Sequence record: MH791411.1
DNA length: 64,000 nucleotides
Reading direction: 5' to 3' (one strand)
Shown piece by piece: positions 1 through 9,576 of the stretch. The notes under the pieces are model-generated. The model was not told the DNA's origin, made no database searches, and worked only from the letters and a program-made list of their open reading frames with translations. The position numbers and the translations under genes are program-made. The stretch's first letter is position 1. Each line of letters begins with the position of its first letter.

Positions 1-140
1 AGTACTACGTTGTCGTATACGTGTGCATTGATAGTGATTTCGATAGTGTTCATGGTGTATCTCCTGGACTTGAGGGGAAACCATTTCCCCCTCTCGATAT
101 AAAACATTATACGTTAATCTAACTACAATGCAAGTACTTT

Positions 141-332
141 TTAAATTTTATTTCCGATATAGTCCGGCATGTTCTTTTCAGTCATACGCTTTGCTAATGT
201 CTGCATATGGCTTATAGCGTTCAAGGTGTCTTCCTCCAGGGATGAATCGAGATAATCAGGATCATTCTTCACCTTGCAATGATTATGATAGCGTAGTACT
301 GCCAGTACTTTTTTAACTTCTTCTACTGTCAT
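141..332 (-). CDS. hypothetical early protein
   Basis: 63 aa ORF, 4-nt overlap with upstream gene. Confidence 0.75.
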   Translation of the reverse strand: MTVEEVKKVLAVLRYHNHCKVKNDPDYLDSSLEEDTLNAISHMQTLAKRMTEKNMPDYIGNKI

Positions 333-601
333 AATAAGTACCCCACTTCGTTAGCTTTCAGGTTAGTATCAATCATCAGTGGATTTTTGTAGTTCACAAA
401 ACGAGTAGTTTTCTCGATAGCGAATCCCATATAATCCAGCTTACTAACAGTACATTCATTCTTAAAAACTTCTTTCGCTGCATCGATGGCTGATTGCATG
501 GATAACCGACCATCTAAATTAATGTTTCCAAATGATCCACCAGCAGAAGTAGGATTACCGTTCATATCTTTAATGATCATAGTAGCGGAGTAGCTGGACA
601 T
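329..601 (-). CDS. hypothetical early protein
   Basis: 90 aa ORF behind promoter-hairpin cassette and AAGGA RBS. Confidence 0.8.
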   Translation of the reverse strand: MSSYSATMIIKDMNGNPTSAGGSFGNINLDGRLSMQSAIDAAKEVFKNECTVSKLDYMGFAIEKTTRFVNYKNPLMIDTNLKANEVGYLL

Positions 602-690
602 AATTTTGTTTCCTTTTATTGGTGTGGGGAGAACTATTCTCCCCTTGATGTAAACTATTATACAGTACTAAAATACTTTGTCAAATACTT

Positions 691-1098
691 TTATTCGCCC
701 ATATAGATTAGATTATCATCGCCTACATAGGGATCGCAAACGTTGATTTCTTCACAGTACTTCGTGAATACATCGCCATAGTGACCTAAACCACGATCCC
801 AAAAACCAGTTCCGTGACCTTCGCGGGTAAGGAACAGATCATGACCAGCTTGCTCATAACCGTAATCAATAAACATACCGCGAACTACTTCCAGATCATT
901 ACCGTGTTTCTCAATGAAGCGAGAACATGCAATCACCGCCGCTTGACGTGCTTCATCAGATAACTCATAATCTTCCAGGTAATCGCCGTTATCATTATGT
1001 ACAGTACTGAATTGCATAGCTTCAATGTAAGCTACAACCATTGCAGCATGATTTTTATCGTTAGTGATGTTCCGAGCGAGATTAGTAGTAGTAGACAT
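691..1098 (-). CDS. conserved phage hypothetical protein (GHDxxLTRxGHGxGFWDR motif)
   Basis: 135 aa, own promoter cassette; motif recalled from uncharacterised phage proteins. Confidence 0.8.
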   Translation of the reverse strand: MSTTTNLARNITNDKNHAAMVVAYIEAMQFSTVHNDNGDYLEDYELSDEARQAAVIACSRFIEKHGNDLEVVRGMFIDYGYEQAGHDLFLTREGHGTGFWDRGLGHYGDVFTKYCEEINVCDPYVGDDNLIYMGE

Positions 1099-1181
1099 GA
1101 TTTTATTCCTTATTGTATTGGGGAGAACTATTCTCCCCTTGATGTAAACTATTATACAGTACTGATATACTTTGTCAATAC

Positions 1182-1403
1182 TTAATTACGTTTAAAATGA
1201 TATGTGCCTTTATCATCCTGTACGCCCCATACTGATTTACCATCAACACCAGTGAAGCCGGATTGTAATTCAATATGGAAACCATTATTATCAACTACAA
1301 AAACTTTTTTATTTTCATCCCGATAACATTGATATTCTGAATCAACATTAAAGGCCGCATCATTCAGACGATTGGAAGCGTAAATGCAAGTCATTGTAGT
1401 CAT
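1182..1403 (-). CDS. hypothetical early protein
   Basis: start moved to MTTMTC after AAGGA RBS. Confidence 0.75.
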   Translation of the reverse strand: MTTMTCIYASNRLNDAAFNVDSEYQCYRDENKKVFVVDNNGFHIELQSGFTGVDGKSVWGVQDDKGTYHFKRN

Positions 1404-1539
1404 GATTTTATTCCTTAATATACCAGGGAGAACCATTCCCCCTCTCGATATAAAACATTATACTTGATTCTAAGTACAATGCAAGTACTTTTTTAAAAAT
1501 AGTTTTCAGTACTGAATACTTATATAATAGATACACTTC

Positions 1540-1610
1540 CGCACCCTATGGGTCAGTGAGTTATCTCTCAATGGATATATAATAGCAAAGGGACTGACCG
1601 GAGTCAATCC
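1540..1610 (-). ncRNA. promoter-driven hairpin + CCCAYMGGGTGC RNA element (family A)
   Basis: TTGACT-N17-TATTAT, GAG-AGATAA-CTC hairpin, CCCATAGGGTGC, no ORF. Confidence 0.55.
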
Positions 1611-1627
1611 CTTTTTTTAATCTTTTT

Positions 1628-2212
1628 TTATCGTGTTACCTTACTTGCTGCCACATCACGCTTTTTATAGTACTGATTCCAGATATTGCTGGTTAAACCG
1701 TAATCAAGTACTTTAATAAGTCCATTACGATCCTGGCCGATATTCTGTTTTCTGATATCTCTTATCGTTAGTGTTGATAATGTATCATCAACGTGTTGTA
1801 GTGCATCAGCAAAGCGGTGCTGGCGTTCGATTGCATTACGTTTAATATTGTACTTTAATTCATTGCACGCGTTTACGTGCTTCACACTGCCTTTGCTTGC
1901 AGTACTCAACCGATCCATAACGATAAACATATTATCAGGATCGCATAAATGCATATGCACCTTTGCAAAGTACTGTTTCAATTGAGGGCGGTCATAGTCT
2001 AAAAAATTCCATACCTTACATTCAGTTTCATTTTGTTCTACACCCGCATCACAATTCGCGACCTTAATCACTAACCGATCATTTAAAGCGAAAACTATAC
2101 GGGAAGAACCAGCACCGATGATCTCCAGGCCAGCTAACCGACAAGCTGAAAGGATCTCTTTGTTGGTTTCCATTTCTGACAGTGTACGGATGAATTTAGT
2201 ATAATTACGCAT
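1628..2212 (-). CDS. putative protein kinase-like (ePK/APH fold) protein
   Basis: GAGSSR Gly loop, VIK lysine, NETE helix-C Glu, DIRKQN catalytic loop, LDYG motif. Confidence 0.75.
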   Translation of the reverse strand: MRNYTKFIRTLSEMETNKEILSACRLAGLEIIGAGSSRIVFALNDRLVIKVANCDAGVEQNETECKVWNFLDYDRPQLKQYFAKVHMHLCDPDNMFIVMDRLSTASKGSVKHVNACNELKYNIKRNAIERQHRFADALQHVDDTLSTLTIRDIRKQNIGQDRNGLIKVLDYGLTSNIWNQYYKKRDVAASKVTR

Positions 2213-2243
2213 TGCATGTTCTCCTTGAGTTAATGAAACTATA

Positions 2244-2486
2244 TTACAGTACTTTACTATCAATGGCAACTACTTTTTTAACATTAACGGCGTGGATCAC
2301 TTCCTTCGTGTTTTTAGTACTGAATACTTTCGCCGCTCCTTGTTCGACCGTGATACGATAGCGACCATTAACATCAACCATATTAATAAAGTCCGGCGTG
2401 CTGAATGGTGTTGTTTTACATTTGAGTACTGTTAACAGTTCCACCAGCGATGTAGTTTCTTTGATACGTTTTTCTAAAGTAATCAT
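2244..2486 (-). CDS. hypothetical early protein
   Basis: start at MITLEK; own TTGACA/TACTAT promoter. Confidence 0.75.
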   Translation of the reverse strand: MITLEKRIKETTSLVELLTVLKCKTTPFSTPDFINMVDVNGRYRITVEQGAAKVFSTKNTKEVIHAVNVKKVVAIDSKVL

Positions 2487-2543
2487 TTTGTTTCCCCCGT
2501 GTTGGTATGTACATATAGTACTAAAACATTTGAGTACTGTCAA

Positions 2544-2762
2544 TTAGATAATATTATATTTCTTAAAATAAAATGCGTCCTGTGTTGGTTGATACTCGAT
2601 ACCGTTACCGTTATTGACTTCAACTAATAAACCTTTGTCAATTAGTTTTTTAATAGTACGATACCCTTGTTGAAAATTGGTAAAATGTGAATCATTACGA
2701 AAGGTATAACCGTGCTTAACTGCTTCATCAATAGTTTTCTTTTCGATTTTAGATAATTTCAT
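2544..2762 (-). CDS. hypothetical early protein (possible winged helix)
   Basis: start at MKLSK; promoter nearly identical to the one at 2483-2545. Confidence 0.7.
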   Translation of the reverse strand: MKLSKIEKKTIDEAVKHGYTFRNDSHFTNFQQGYRTIKKLIDKGLLVEVNNGNGIEYQPTQDAFYFKKYNII

Positions 2763-2815
2763 TTTGTTTCTCCCGTGTTGGTATGTGTACATAGTACTAA
2801 AACAATTGAGTACTG

Positions 2816-3070
2816 TCAACGTGATATTAGTTTTATTTTCTTATTGTATTGTTGATGCTCATAAAGGTTTATCTTTCCTGTGTTCTCGATTACTATCCTG
2901 TTGTTAGTGTCCACGTCGATTACACGCAGTTTCCCGTTGCTTAACTTCCTAGGTAATAGGTTACCATTAATAAACTCATTAGCAAGCTGTACGGCCTTTG
3001 TGATGATTCTCTGAGGTGCTTTATAGTGTACCCGTAAGATGTTATCTTTATATAGTTGAACCTTAATCAT
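2816..3070 (-). CDS. hypothetical protein (possible ParE-toxin-like fold)
   Basis: 84 aa; LRVIDVDTNNRIVI resembles the 'R.....YRIv' pattern; weak. Confidence 0.65.
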   Translation of the reverse strand: MIKVQLYKDNILRVHYKAPQRIITKAVQLANEFINGNLLPRKLSNGKLRVIDVDTNNRIVIENTGKINLYEHQQYNKKIKLISR

Positions 3071-3131
3071 TTTGTTTGTCCTATAAAAAAGGCGGGAACT
3101 GATCCCGCCGTGTTGTTAGTACTGCAAGTTA

Positions 3132-3527
3132 TTAGATAACCTGGCGGCGTTTACTGTATACTGTTACACGATTACCCTTACGATCATGTCGGATCTCTTT
3201 CTGGTTGCGAATCAGTTCACTTGGACGCTTAAGGTTTGCCAGGTGATCCGCGTGAGTCCATGCGGTGTGGTTTACCTGTACTTTGATATCAGAATCAGCG
3301 ATAAACTCATCTTGTGCGTCAAGTATTGCCGCCAGCATATCCGCTCGTTTTAGTTCTGCTGCTGTCAGTACTGGCTCAGGTGAATTCACAATATCAGAGA
3401 TTTCTTTGAACTGTACGGCCCAGCGTTGACCTTTCGTTGCATCTTTGCCCATGTCTTTAAATGCTGCTCCTTCCTCGCGTGCAACAATACGGGCAGCTTC
3501 ACGGGTAGCGTAGAATTTAGTAATCAT
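3132..3527 (-). CDS. hypothetical early protein, paralog of 16542-16808
   Basis: shared KxxATRExAR, FKDMG, RWA and DRKGNRVTVY motifs. Confidence 0.85.
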   Translation of the reverse strand: MITKFYATREAARIVAREEGAAFKDMGKDATKGQRWAVQFKEISDIVNSPEPVLTAAELKRADMLAAILDAQDEFIADSDIKVQVNHTAWTHADHLANLKRPSELIRNQKEIRHDRKGNRVTVYSKRRQVI

Positions 3528-3622
3528 GGTATACATCCTATTAGTTGAGTTAGTACTACAAGTTAGAGTCTATTATAAAGTACTATCTGGGCAATGTCAA
3601 ATAGTACTTTAAATGGATTCTA

Positions 3623-3946
3623 TTACATGTCTTTCTTACGTTTTACATCGTGGTAGCGAACTGTTATTTCTTTGTTGATCTCTTCCTCGATGCGATGAAT
3701 AACTTTTTCTTTCGGGTTGAAACCTATAACGGTTTCTTTAATGATCTCCAAGCCCGTGTATTCGCCTTGTGTACCGTAACCGTATGTAAAGGTTTCGTGT
3801 CCCAGGTCTTCCCAGCGGTCGCCAATTAACGCAGACACGTAGCAAGAGTGGTAAGTATTGCCGTGTGAATCAGTCCACCGATTAACGTTAATGTCAAAGG
3901 AGGTTACAATTTTCAATTCTACTTTCTGGGCAAGGATCATAGCCAT
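3623..3946 (-). CDS. hypothetical early protein, paralog of 10466-10789
   Basis: shared RWTDSxGNTYHSC, FTYGY and VKRKKD motifs. Confidence 0.85.
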   Translation of the reverse strand: MAMILAQKVELKIVTSFDINVNRWTDSHGNTYHSCYVSALIGDRWEDLGHETFTYGYGTQGEYTGLEIIKETVIGFNPKEKVIHRIEEEINKEITVRYHDVKRKKDM

Positions 3947-4033
3947 TTTTATTTCTCTCTCTTTGTTAGGAGGGGAACCATTCCCCTCGCTTGATGTAAA
4001 CTATTATACAGTACTAAGATACTTTGTCAATAC

Positions 4034-4216
4034 TTATTTTTTGGAAAGTTTACGCATTAATTCTACGCTTTCTTGTGAACGTTTTGCTACCTGGCAAGCT
4101 GTATGGGCAGTAAACATTTTTGTATAGTCTGACGCTTTGCCACCGAACCGAGCGGCACGTTCACGGGCACTTGGAACTAATACTATTTCTTTATTACAGA
4201 TAGTGCACTTAGCCAT
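4034..4216 (-). CDS. small putative zinc-binding protein
   Basis: CxxC...HxxC; start at MAKC. Confidence 0.75.
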   Translation of the reverse strand: MAKCTICNKEIVLVPSARERAARFGGKASDYTKMFTAHTACQVAKRSQESVELMRKLSKK

Positions 4217-4304
4217 TTTTATTTCTCTCTCTTTGTTAGGAGGGGAACCGTTTCCCCTCACTTGATGTAAACTATTATACAGTACTAAGATACTTTGTCA
4301 ATAC

Positions 4305-4580
4305 TTAAGTATTGTAAATGTCGTGAATAGTGATAAAGTTTTTACGACCGTAAACATGTAAATCAGTATCAATGTAGTGCTTATCAAGTACATCCTCGAC
4401 GCTTAAAGACGTGTCGTGAATATCTTCATAAAATTGTGGATCAACAATCGTGCTTAAGTCATCTGGCGTTAACTTATCGTTAAGGCATTGAACCGCCTGG
4501 ATATCTGCTTCACGTTTCCATTGTTCCAGATTAGTAGTCAGTACTTGCTCGATTTCGTTAGCTGTAAGTAAAGTCCGCAT
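4305..4580 (-). CDS. acidic hypothetical early protein
   Basis: 91 aa, own promoter, AAGGA RBS. Confidence 0.8.
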   Translation of the reverse strand: MRTLLTANEIEQVLTTNLEQWKREADIQAVQCLNDKLTPDDLSTIVDPQFYEDIHDTSLSVEDVLDKHYIDTDLHVYGRKNFITIHDIYNT

Positions 4581-4649
4581 TTTAATGTTTCCTTATCAGT
4601 GGTTGATGTAAGTATTATACTCGTTTACTTTCTATTGTCAAACTATTTT

Positions 4650-4724
4650 ATCAGGGGAGTTTTTCGTATGTCTTACTCCTGGACTACTTAACGGGGTTAC
4701 TTATTTCGTTCCCCGTCCTGATGT
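4650..4724 (-). ncRNA. structured small RNA candidate (family B, copy 1)
   Basis: directly after TTGCAT/TATAAT promoter, no ATG, closing stem ATCAGG/CCTGAT, near-identical copy at 15865-15941. Confidence 0.6.
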
Positions 4725-4815
4725 AAAACATTATACTTGATTCTAAGTACAATGCAAGTACTTTTTTAAAAATAGTTTTCAGTACTAGCCACCAGCAAAC
4801 AATAGATACATTTAT

Positions 4816-4880
4816 GCACCCTGTGGGCTAATTTGTTTCTATGCGTATATAATAGCAAAGGGACTGACCGGAGTCAATCC
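4816..4880 (-). ncRNA. family A RNA element
   Basis: TTGACT/TATTAT promoter then CCCACAGGGTGC. Confidence 0.5.
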
Positions 4881-4895
4881 CTTTTTCAAATATTT

Positions 4896-5045
4896 TTAAA
4901 CTTCTTTCGGGTTGCGATATGTGATAGCGTTCGGGTACATTTGTTTAATGTTATTCCATGCCTGGTTAACATTATAACCACTTGATCGAATCAGTTGGTT
5001 ATTACCGACACCTTGAAACACTACTTCAAATAAGAATTCTTTCAT
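4896..5045 (-). CDS. small hypothetical protein (49 aa, not in ORF track)
   Basis: MKEFLFEVVFQGVG...; ATGA overlap with upstream stop. Confidence 0.7.
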   Translation of the reverse strand: MKEFLFEVVFQGVGNNQLIRSSGYNVNQAWNNIKQMYPNAITYRNPKEV

Positions 5046-5215
5046 GCTTTCACCTCTCGATCTGCTTTGCCTTTACGCCAGGCCGTTGCTAATTGTTCGC
5101 GTTGCCATAAGTCGAGTGATACGTAAAGTTTTGCATTATCACCCTTCGGATATTCGCCAGTAGTACCAATCCGATAAAACAGATCTTTCAGTACTGTTAA
5201 TTCTACCTGGACCAT
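5042..5215 (-). CDS. hypothetical early protein
   Basis: start at MVQVEL after cassette RBS. Confidence 0.7.
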   Translation of the reverse strand: MVQVELTVLKDLFYRIGTTGEYPKGDNAKLYVSLDLWQREQLATAWRKGKADREVKA

Positions 5216-5302
5216 TATACTTTCCTCTTTGTTAGGAGGGGAACTATTCCCCTTCCGATATAAAACATTATACACTTTATTCAGTACTGTGCAAGTACTT
5301 TT

Positions 5303-5515
5303 TTAATCTTTCAGCCAATGATCCTGAATGAATTTTTCACCGGAACCTTGCTGCATTGATTGTAACAGACGTTCGCGATGAGCGGCGGCGAATTGCTCAG
5401 TACTATGCGTTACACCTGGTTGATATCTGGATTCACCATTTGGGGCGATGTATTGTACATCCCACGGTTTTTCGTTAGTATCAGACCATTTACGAACGAT
5501 TAGTTGACCTTGCAT
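5303..5515 (-). CDS. hypothetical early protein
   Basis: 70 aa, own cassette. Confidence 0.8.
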   Translation of the reverse strand: MQGQLIVRKWSDTNEKPWDVQYIAPNGESRYQPGVTHSTEQFAAAHRERLLQSMQQGSGEKFIQDHWLKD

Positions 5516-5598
5516 TTTTCTTTCCTCTTAGTGGGGAGAATCATTTCTCCCCTTCATGTAAACTATTATACAGTACTGGATTGCATTGTCAATAGTTT

Positions 5599-5922
5599 TT
5601 ATTCACCTTGTTTGAATATAGTTTTCTCCATTGATTCCATGATTGCAACCAATACAGCATGGATCTCACTTAACGCGGCATCACTAAAAGCATTAATGAA
5701 TAGGCAATCATTCTCGCGAATATTTTTAATGTACTTATCAGCAGTGGTTGCGAATTCATTCAACGGCAGATCAAATGCTTTATCCCATAATGGATGGCGT
5801 AACTGTAACAGTACTGGATTATCACGATCACCAGGGGAAAACGTACCAGTGATGAAACATACGCCCGGAATACTTTCGAACTGGCAACGGACTTCCTTTG
5901 TGATAGTAGTATGAATGTACAT
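5599..5922 (-). CDS. hypothetical early protein
   Basis: 107 aa, GAGGA RBS. Confidence 0.75.
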   Translation of the reverse strand: MYIHTTITKEVRCQFESIPGVCFITGTFSPGDRDNPVLLQLRHPLWDKAFDLPLNEFATTADKYIKNIRENDCLFINAFSDAALSEIHAVLVAIMESMEKTIFKQGE

Positions 5923-5949
5923 TTATTGTTATCCTCTATTAAATTAATA

Positions 5950-6138
5950 TTACAGTTTATGAATTAATTCTTTATCTAAGCGATAGCGTACATTATTAAT
6001 GGTAACAGCATTATTTTTAATGCTACGCTGTACGGGTCCACCAGCAATAACAAACGTTGCTTTATTGCCCCGAACAATGATAGCACTTCCAGGATTACCG
6101 AAATCATCTTGTACTAAAATACTTGATAAGTTTTCCAT
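5950..6138 (-). CDS. hypothetical early protein
   Basis: 62 aa, own cassette. Confidence 0.75.
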   Translation of the reverse strand: MENLSSILVQDDFGNPGSAIIVRGNKATFVIAGGPVQRSIKNNAVTINNVRYRLDKELIHKL

Positions 6139-6216
6139 TTTTATTTCCTCTTAGTAGGGGAAGATGTTTCCCCTTGATGCAAGTACTATAACAGTACTGA
6201 AAACTAAATGCAAGTA

Positions 6217-6573
6217 CTATGATAAAATCATGATAGGATATTCACTATCTATCAATACCTCGAATCCGAAACCTTCGTACCATTCTTTAAGATTAAAGGC
6301 GTTATCTTCTCCCGTATCGCATTCTAAGATGATACAATCTGAATCATCGGCGGCATCAATAAAGGCATTCATTAATTCGTTACCTTCACCATTGCCCCGA
6401 CTATCAGGATCAACATAAAGAGAATCAATAAACGCTACACGGTCATAATCAAGATCCGGTGCAATGATTCCACGTTTAACAAACCAGTACTGCAATTGTG
6501 CTACTTTGCCCTGTACTTGATAGCCAGTGATCTCGCCATTGTCAGTAGTACGCGTGATATGTTGTATTCCCAT
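6217..6573 (-). CDS. GNAT-family acetyltransferase
   Basis: IDSLYVDPDSRGNGEG acetyl-CoA motif A; LKEWYEGFGF motif B. Confidence 0.85.
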   Translation of the reverse strand: MGIQHITRTTDNGEITGYQVQGKVAQLQYWFVKRGIIAPDLDYDRVAFIDSLYVDPDSRGNGEGNELMNAFIDAADDSDCIILECDTGEDNAFNLKEWYEGFGFEVLIDSEYPIMILS

Positions 6574-6636
6574 GATTACTATCCTCAGTTAAGATATAAA
6601 ACATTATACACTATCTTTCAGTACTGTCAATACTTT

Positions 6637-6894
6637 TTATCTCATAGATCTATGCCAACAATTACGCGGATCTCTTTTAAAAGTACTATCATGATCCTCC
6701 TGGCAAGTAATACAATACATGCACCCTATAACGGCCTGGCGTCGATTCTCAGGGATTTTATCGCCGCAGTCGAGGCAATGTACAAGTGATTCTCTTTGTG
6801 CGTTAATTTGCTTTCTAGCGTGGTTAACGGCGGCCTGAATCACTGCATGAATCTCGTCTTGTTCGGCCCCGTCTTTCGCGTATCCTACTGCCAT
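6637..6894 (-). CDS. TraR/DksA (YbiI-like) C4 zinc-finger protein
   Basis: CLDCGDKIPENRR...CMYCITCQ plus N-terminal acidic DGAEQDE helix. Confidence 0.85.
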   Translation of the reverse strand: MAVGYAKDGAEQDEIHAVIQAAVNHARKQINAQRESLVHCLDCGDKIPENRRQAVIGCMYCITCQEDHDSTFKRDPRNCWHRSMR

Positions 6895-7149
6895 TATTTT
6901 AACCTCATTATAAAAATACTATAGTACTGTAATGCTACAATAATACTACTAGTGTTTATCTTATTCAAACCATATGATACTACATATCCACCAGCATTAC
7001 CACGAATAGTAACGCCTTTGTACTGTCTATATAAATTCAACTGCGTATATTGCCTTTGATCAAGAATTGATCAGAATTATACGCCTTATGCTAAATTGAT
7101 CCAGTACTTTTTTGATCATTTATTGATCGATATTATATAGTTACATTTG

Positions 7150-7222
7150 TGCACCCTATGGGTTAGTGACGTTCTCGTCTTGATGTAAGTATTATGCCAG
7201 TACTGGAGGATATTGTCAATAG
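7150..7222 (-). ncRNA. family A RNA element
   Basis: TTGACA-N17-CATAAT, GAC-GAGAAC-GTC hairpin, CCCATAGGGTGC. Confidence 0.55.
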
Positions 7223-7223
7223 A

Positions 7224-7427
7224 TTATTTTAATTTTTTTCTGTCATTGATTAATGCTTTCAGTACTATACTAATAACTTGCAATGATTCATCAATGACAA
7301 TGAAATTATTCTCTTTCATTAGATGATAGTTACCATTGATTGTATATTCTAACGAGTACTGTTTACGTTTAATTTTTGATAATGTTTCTATTTGTTTTTG
7401 TACTGATTTCATGCTAATCATTGTCAA
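7224..7427 (-). CDS. hypothetical protein
   Basis: 67 aa ORF; start uncertain. Confidence 0.55.
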   Translation of the reverse strand: MTMISMKSVQKQIETLSKIKRKQYSLEYTINGNYHLMKENNFIVIDESLQVISIVLKALINDRKKLK

Positions 7428-7526
7428 ACGTCCTGTAACGCATTCTAACGAGATAAACGGTTTAGTACTGGCATTGTATAGGGTAAATGATTAAAGCCCA
7501 CCAGCGTTAACCAGTGGGCTATAATA

Positions 7527-7670
7527 TTACATCTTGCGGATAATCTTAACAGTATCTTTCACCGATTTACCGTTTTGCTGACATTGCTCGATCATCGCGT
7601 ATTGTTCTGCGGTCAGATCCTCGCCAGTTTTTGCCAGTACTGCGTCGATGAATGAATCCAGTGCGATCAT
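7527..7670 (-). CDS. small hypothetical protein (47 aa)
   Basis: MIALDSFIDAV...; own promoter; hand-translated. Confidence 0.7.
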   Translation of the reverse strand: MIALDSFIDAVLAKTGEDLTAEQYAMIEQCQQNGKSVKDTVKIIRKM

Positions 7671-7760
7671 TTTATTTCTCTCTTAGGTTAAGTTAACTAC
7701 TGTTTATAAAACTTATTATACAGTACTATCAATCTATGTCAATAGTACTGGTAATATATT

Positions 7761-7940
7761 TTAGCGGTAGTCGTCGTATGCTTTATTCACCTGGCGAATA
7801 TAACTTTCAAAGGCTTCGTCTACCGTTTCATACTCCCGAACATAATCACCATATGAAACTACATACATACCTTTTTGATCTTCAAACGTCATGATGATAG
7901 AATCCAGACCAACGATTTCAGTTTTTGCGATGATAGCCAT
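7761..7940 (-). CDS. small hypothetical protein (59 aa), similar to 10879-11091
   Basis: MAIIAKTE...DEAF; same promoter variant. Confidence 0.75.
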   Translation of the reverse strand: MAIIAKTEIVGLDSIIMTFEDQKGMYVVSYGDYVREYETVDEAFESYIRQVNKAYDDYR

Positions 7941-8023
7941 TTTTTAATTCCTTAGTAGTGTAGTTGATAAAAGTTATTATGTCAGTACTATCAAACTATG
8001 TCAATAGTACTGTGATAATATTT

Positions 8024-8236
8024 TTAGTTAATGATAGTCAGTGTAAAATTGTAATCACCGCAGCGATATAGCACGTTATTCCCAAATGTCCCAACTAATC
8101 GCACATCACACAAAACGCCGGTTTTTTCTTTTACTTCCTTGATACTTGTAACTCCTGTAATATCTTTATTAAAGTATTCATGATCTGAAAATAAAACTTG
8201 TTTTGCATTTTTTAATTTCGACCGGATATTAGCCAT
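8024..8236 (-). CDS. hypothetical early protein
   Basis: 70 aa, own cassette. Confidence 0.8.
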   Translation of the reverse strand: MANIRSKLKNAKQVLFSDHEYFNKDITGVTSIKEVKEKTGVLCDVRLVGTFGNNVLYRCGDYNFTLTIIN

Positions 8237-8332
8237 TTTGTTTTCTCTCTCTGTTAGTGGGGAGAAGTTTTTCTCCCCTTGATGTAAACTATTATACAGT
8301 ACTATAATCTATTGTCAAACTATTTTTTTATA

Positions 8333-8674
8333 TTATTCGAAATCTTCTGGACCGGACTGATAATCATCTTCACCGTATGCACTTTCTAACCGCTCGCCAG
8401 TGTGATCATCAGTTAGTGAGTCATCCTCATAGTTCACGTCTACGCCAGTGATGTAAAACTGGCTATCGTCTGGATCATTGAAATTAATTTTCTGTATGTT
8501 TACAATAACTGTATTGATGCCCAGGACACCGCCATCAGCCGTTACAAAGTACTGATAGTTTTCGCAACCGCCTGAATTGAAACCGTAATTAATTTCGGCC
8601 CGACCATCATTTAAACGCAGTGCCTGGGCGATGATTTCGTTTTCAAAGTTAGATTGAGCAATTGAGATAGTCAT
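8333..8674 (-). CDS. acidic hypothetical early protein
   Basis: start at MTISIA; acidic C-terminus. Confidence 0.8.
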   Translation of the reverse strand: MTISIAQSNFENEIIAQALRLNDGRAEINYGFNSGGCENYQYFVTADGGVLGINTVIVNIQKINFNDPDDSQFYITGVDVNYEDDSLTDDHTGERLESAYGEDDYQSGPEDFE

Positions 8675-8820
8675 GATTTGTTTCCTTATTACCAGGGGAA
8701 ACCGTTTCCCCCTCTCGATGTAAAACATTATACGCTTATTGAGATAGTTTGCAAGTACTTTCTACAAATACTTTTAAAATAGTTTTCAGTACTCAATACT
8801 CATATAATAGATACACTTAT

Positions 8821-8890
8821 GCACCCTGTGGGCTAGTGAGCTATCTCTCAATGAATATATAATAGCAAAATGGCTGACCGGAGTCAACCA
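8821..8890 (-). ncRNA. family A RNA element
   Basis: TTGACT/TATTAT promoter, GAG-AGATAG-CTC hairpin, CCCACAGGGTGC. Confidence 0.55.
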
Positions 8891-8896
8891 CTTTTT

Positions 8897-9040
8897 TCAT
8901 TTATTTTTAGCTTTTAGAATCGCCGCCTTTCGCGTCATGCCTTGCTTGATGTATTCTTGTACTTTCGCTTTACGTGCATTCGCTTTATTTGCTTTCGTAA
9001 ATGCCGAACAACTTTTATAGTTTAAACCTGTTGGATTCAT
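8897..9040 (-). CDS. small basic protein (47 aa)
   Basis: hand-translated MNPTGLNYK...; K/A-rich. Confidence 0.6.
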   Translation of the reverse strand: MNPTGLNYKSCSAFTKANKANARKAKVQEYIKQGMTRKAAILKAKNK

Positions 9041-9126
9041 TTAAATCACCATAAAGAATAGATAGGTTACTAACAACGCCGCGATCAATGCACCGACCAG
9101 GGCCGAACTATAGTAAGCTAATGTTT

Positions 9127-9279
9127 TCATTTTTTAGCCTGAAAGTAATGTTTAATTTGAGCGGCGGTCAGTGCACAATTACGCAGGAAGTTTTCTGTAT
9201 AACTGCGGCGAGTACTGAAAGAGAATTGACCTTTGCCGTTACCGATAGTAACATCAAACCGAGCGTTGTATTGTTTCAT
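9127..9279 (-). CDS. small hypothetical protein
   Basis: start at MKQYNA after AGGAG RBS. Confidence 0.7.
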   Translation of the reverse strand: MKQYNARFDVTIGNGKGQFSFSTRRSYTENFLRNCALTAAQIKHYFQAKK

Positions 9280-9360
9280 TTTGATTCTCCTGTTATTGGG
9301 GAGAATCATTTCTCCCCTTCATGTAAAACATTATACAGTACTAAAAACTAATTGCAAGTA

Positions 9361-9507
9361 CTATTTTTTAGATTTACGCAAACTTTCTACCATCTCAGGA
9401 GTAAGGCCCGGCGGGTAGGAAACTACTTCATCAACGAAACGTAAAGGGAATACCCCAGCGAAAGGTGAACGTGCTTTCTTAGTATTACTCTTTTTTGATG
9501 CTTTCAT
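9361..9507 (-). CDS. small basic protein (48 aa)
   Basis: hand-translated MKASKKSN...; own cassette. Confidence 0.65.
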   Translation of the reverse strand: MKASKKSNTKKARSPFAGVFPLRFVDEVVSYPPGLTPEMVESLRKSKK

Positions 9508-9576
9508 TTCATATTCCTTAATTAGTGGGGAGAATCATTTCTCCCCTTCATGTAAAACATTATACGCGTTTAAAAA

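Noticed and set aside
4650-4724. Hammerhead ribozyme or tRNA
   Set aside because: No CUGANGA/GAAA core in the right arrangement and no cloverleaf or TTC loop
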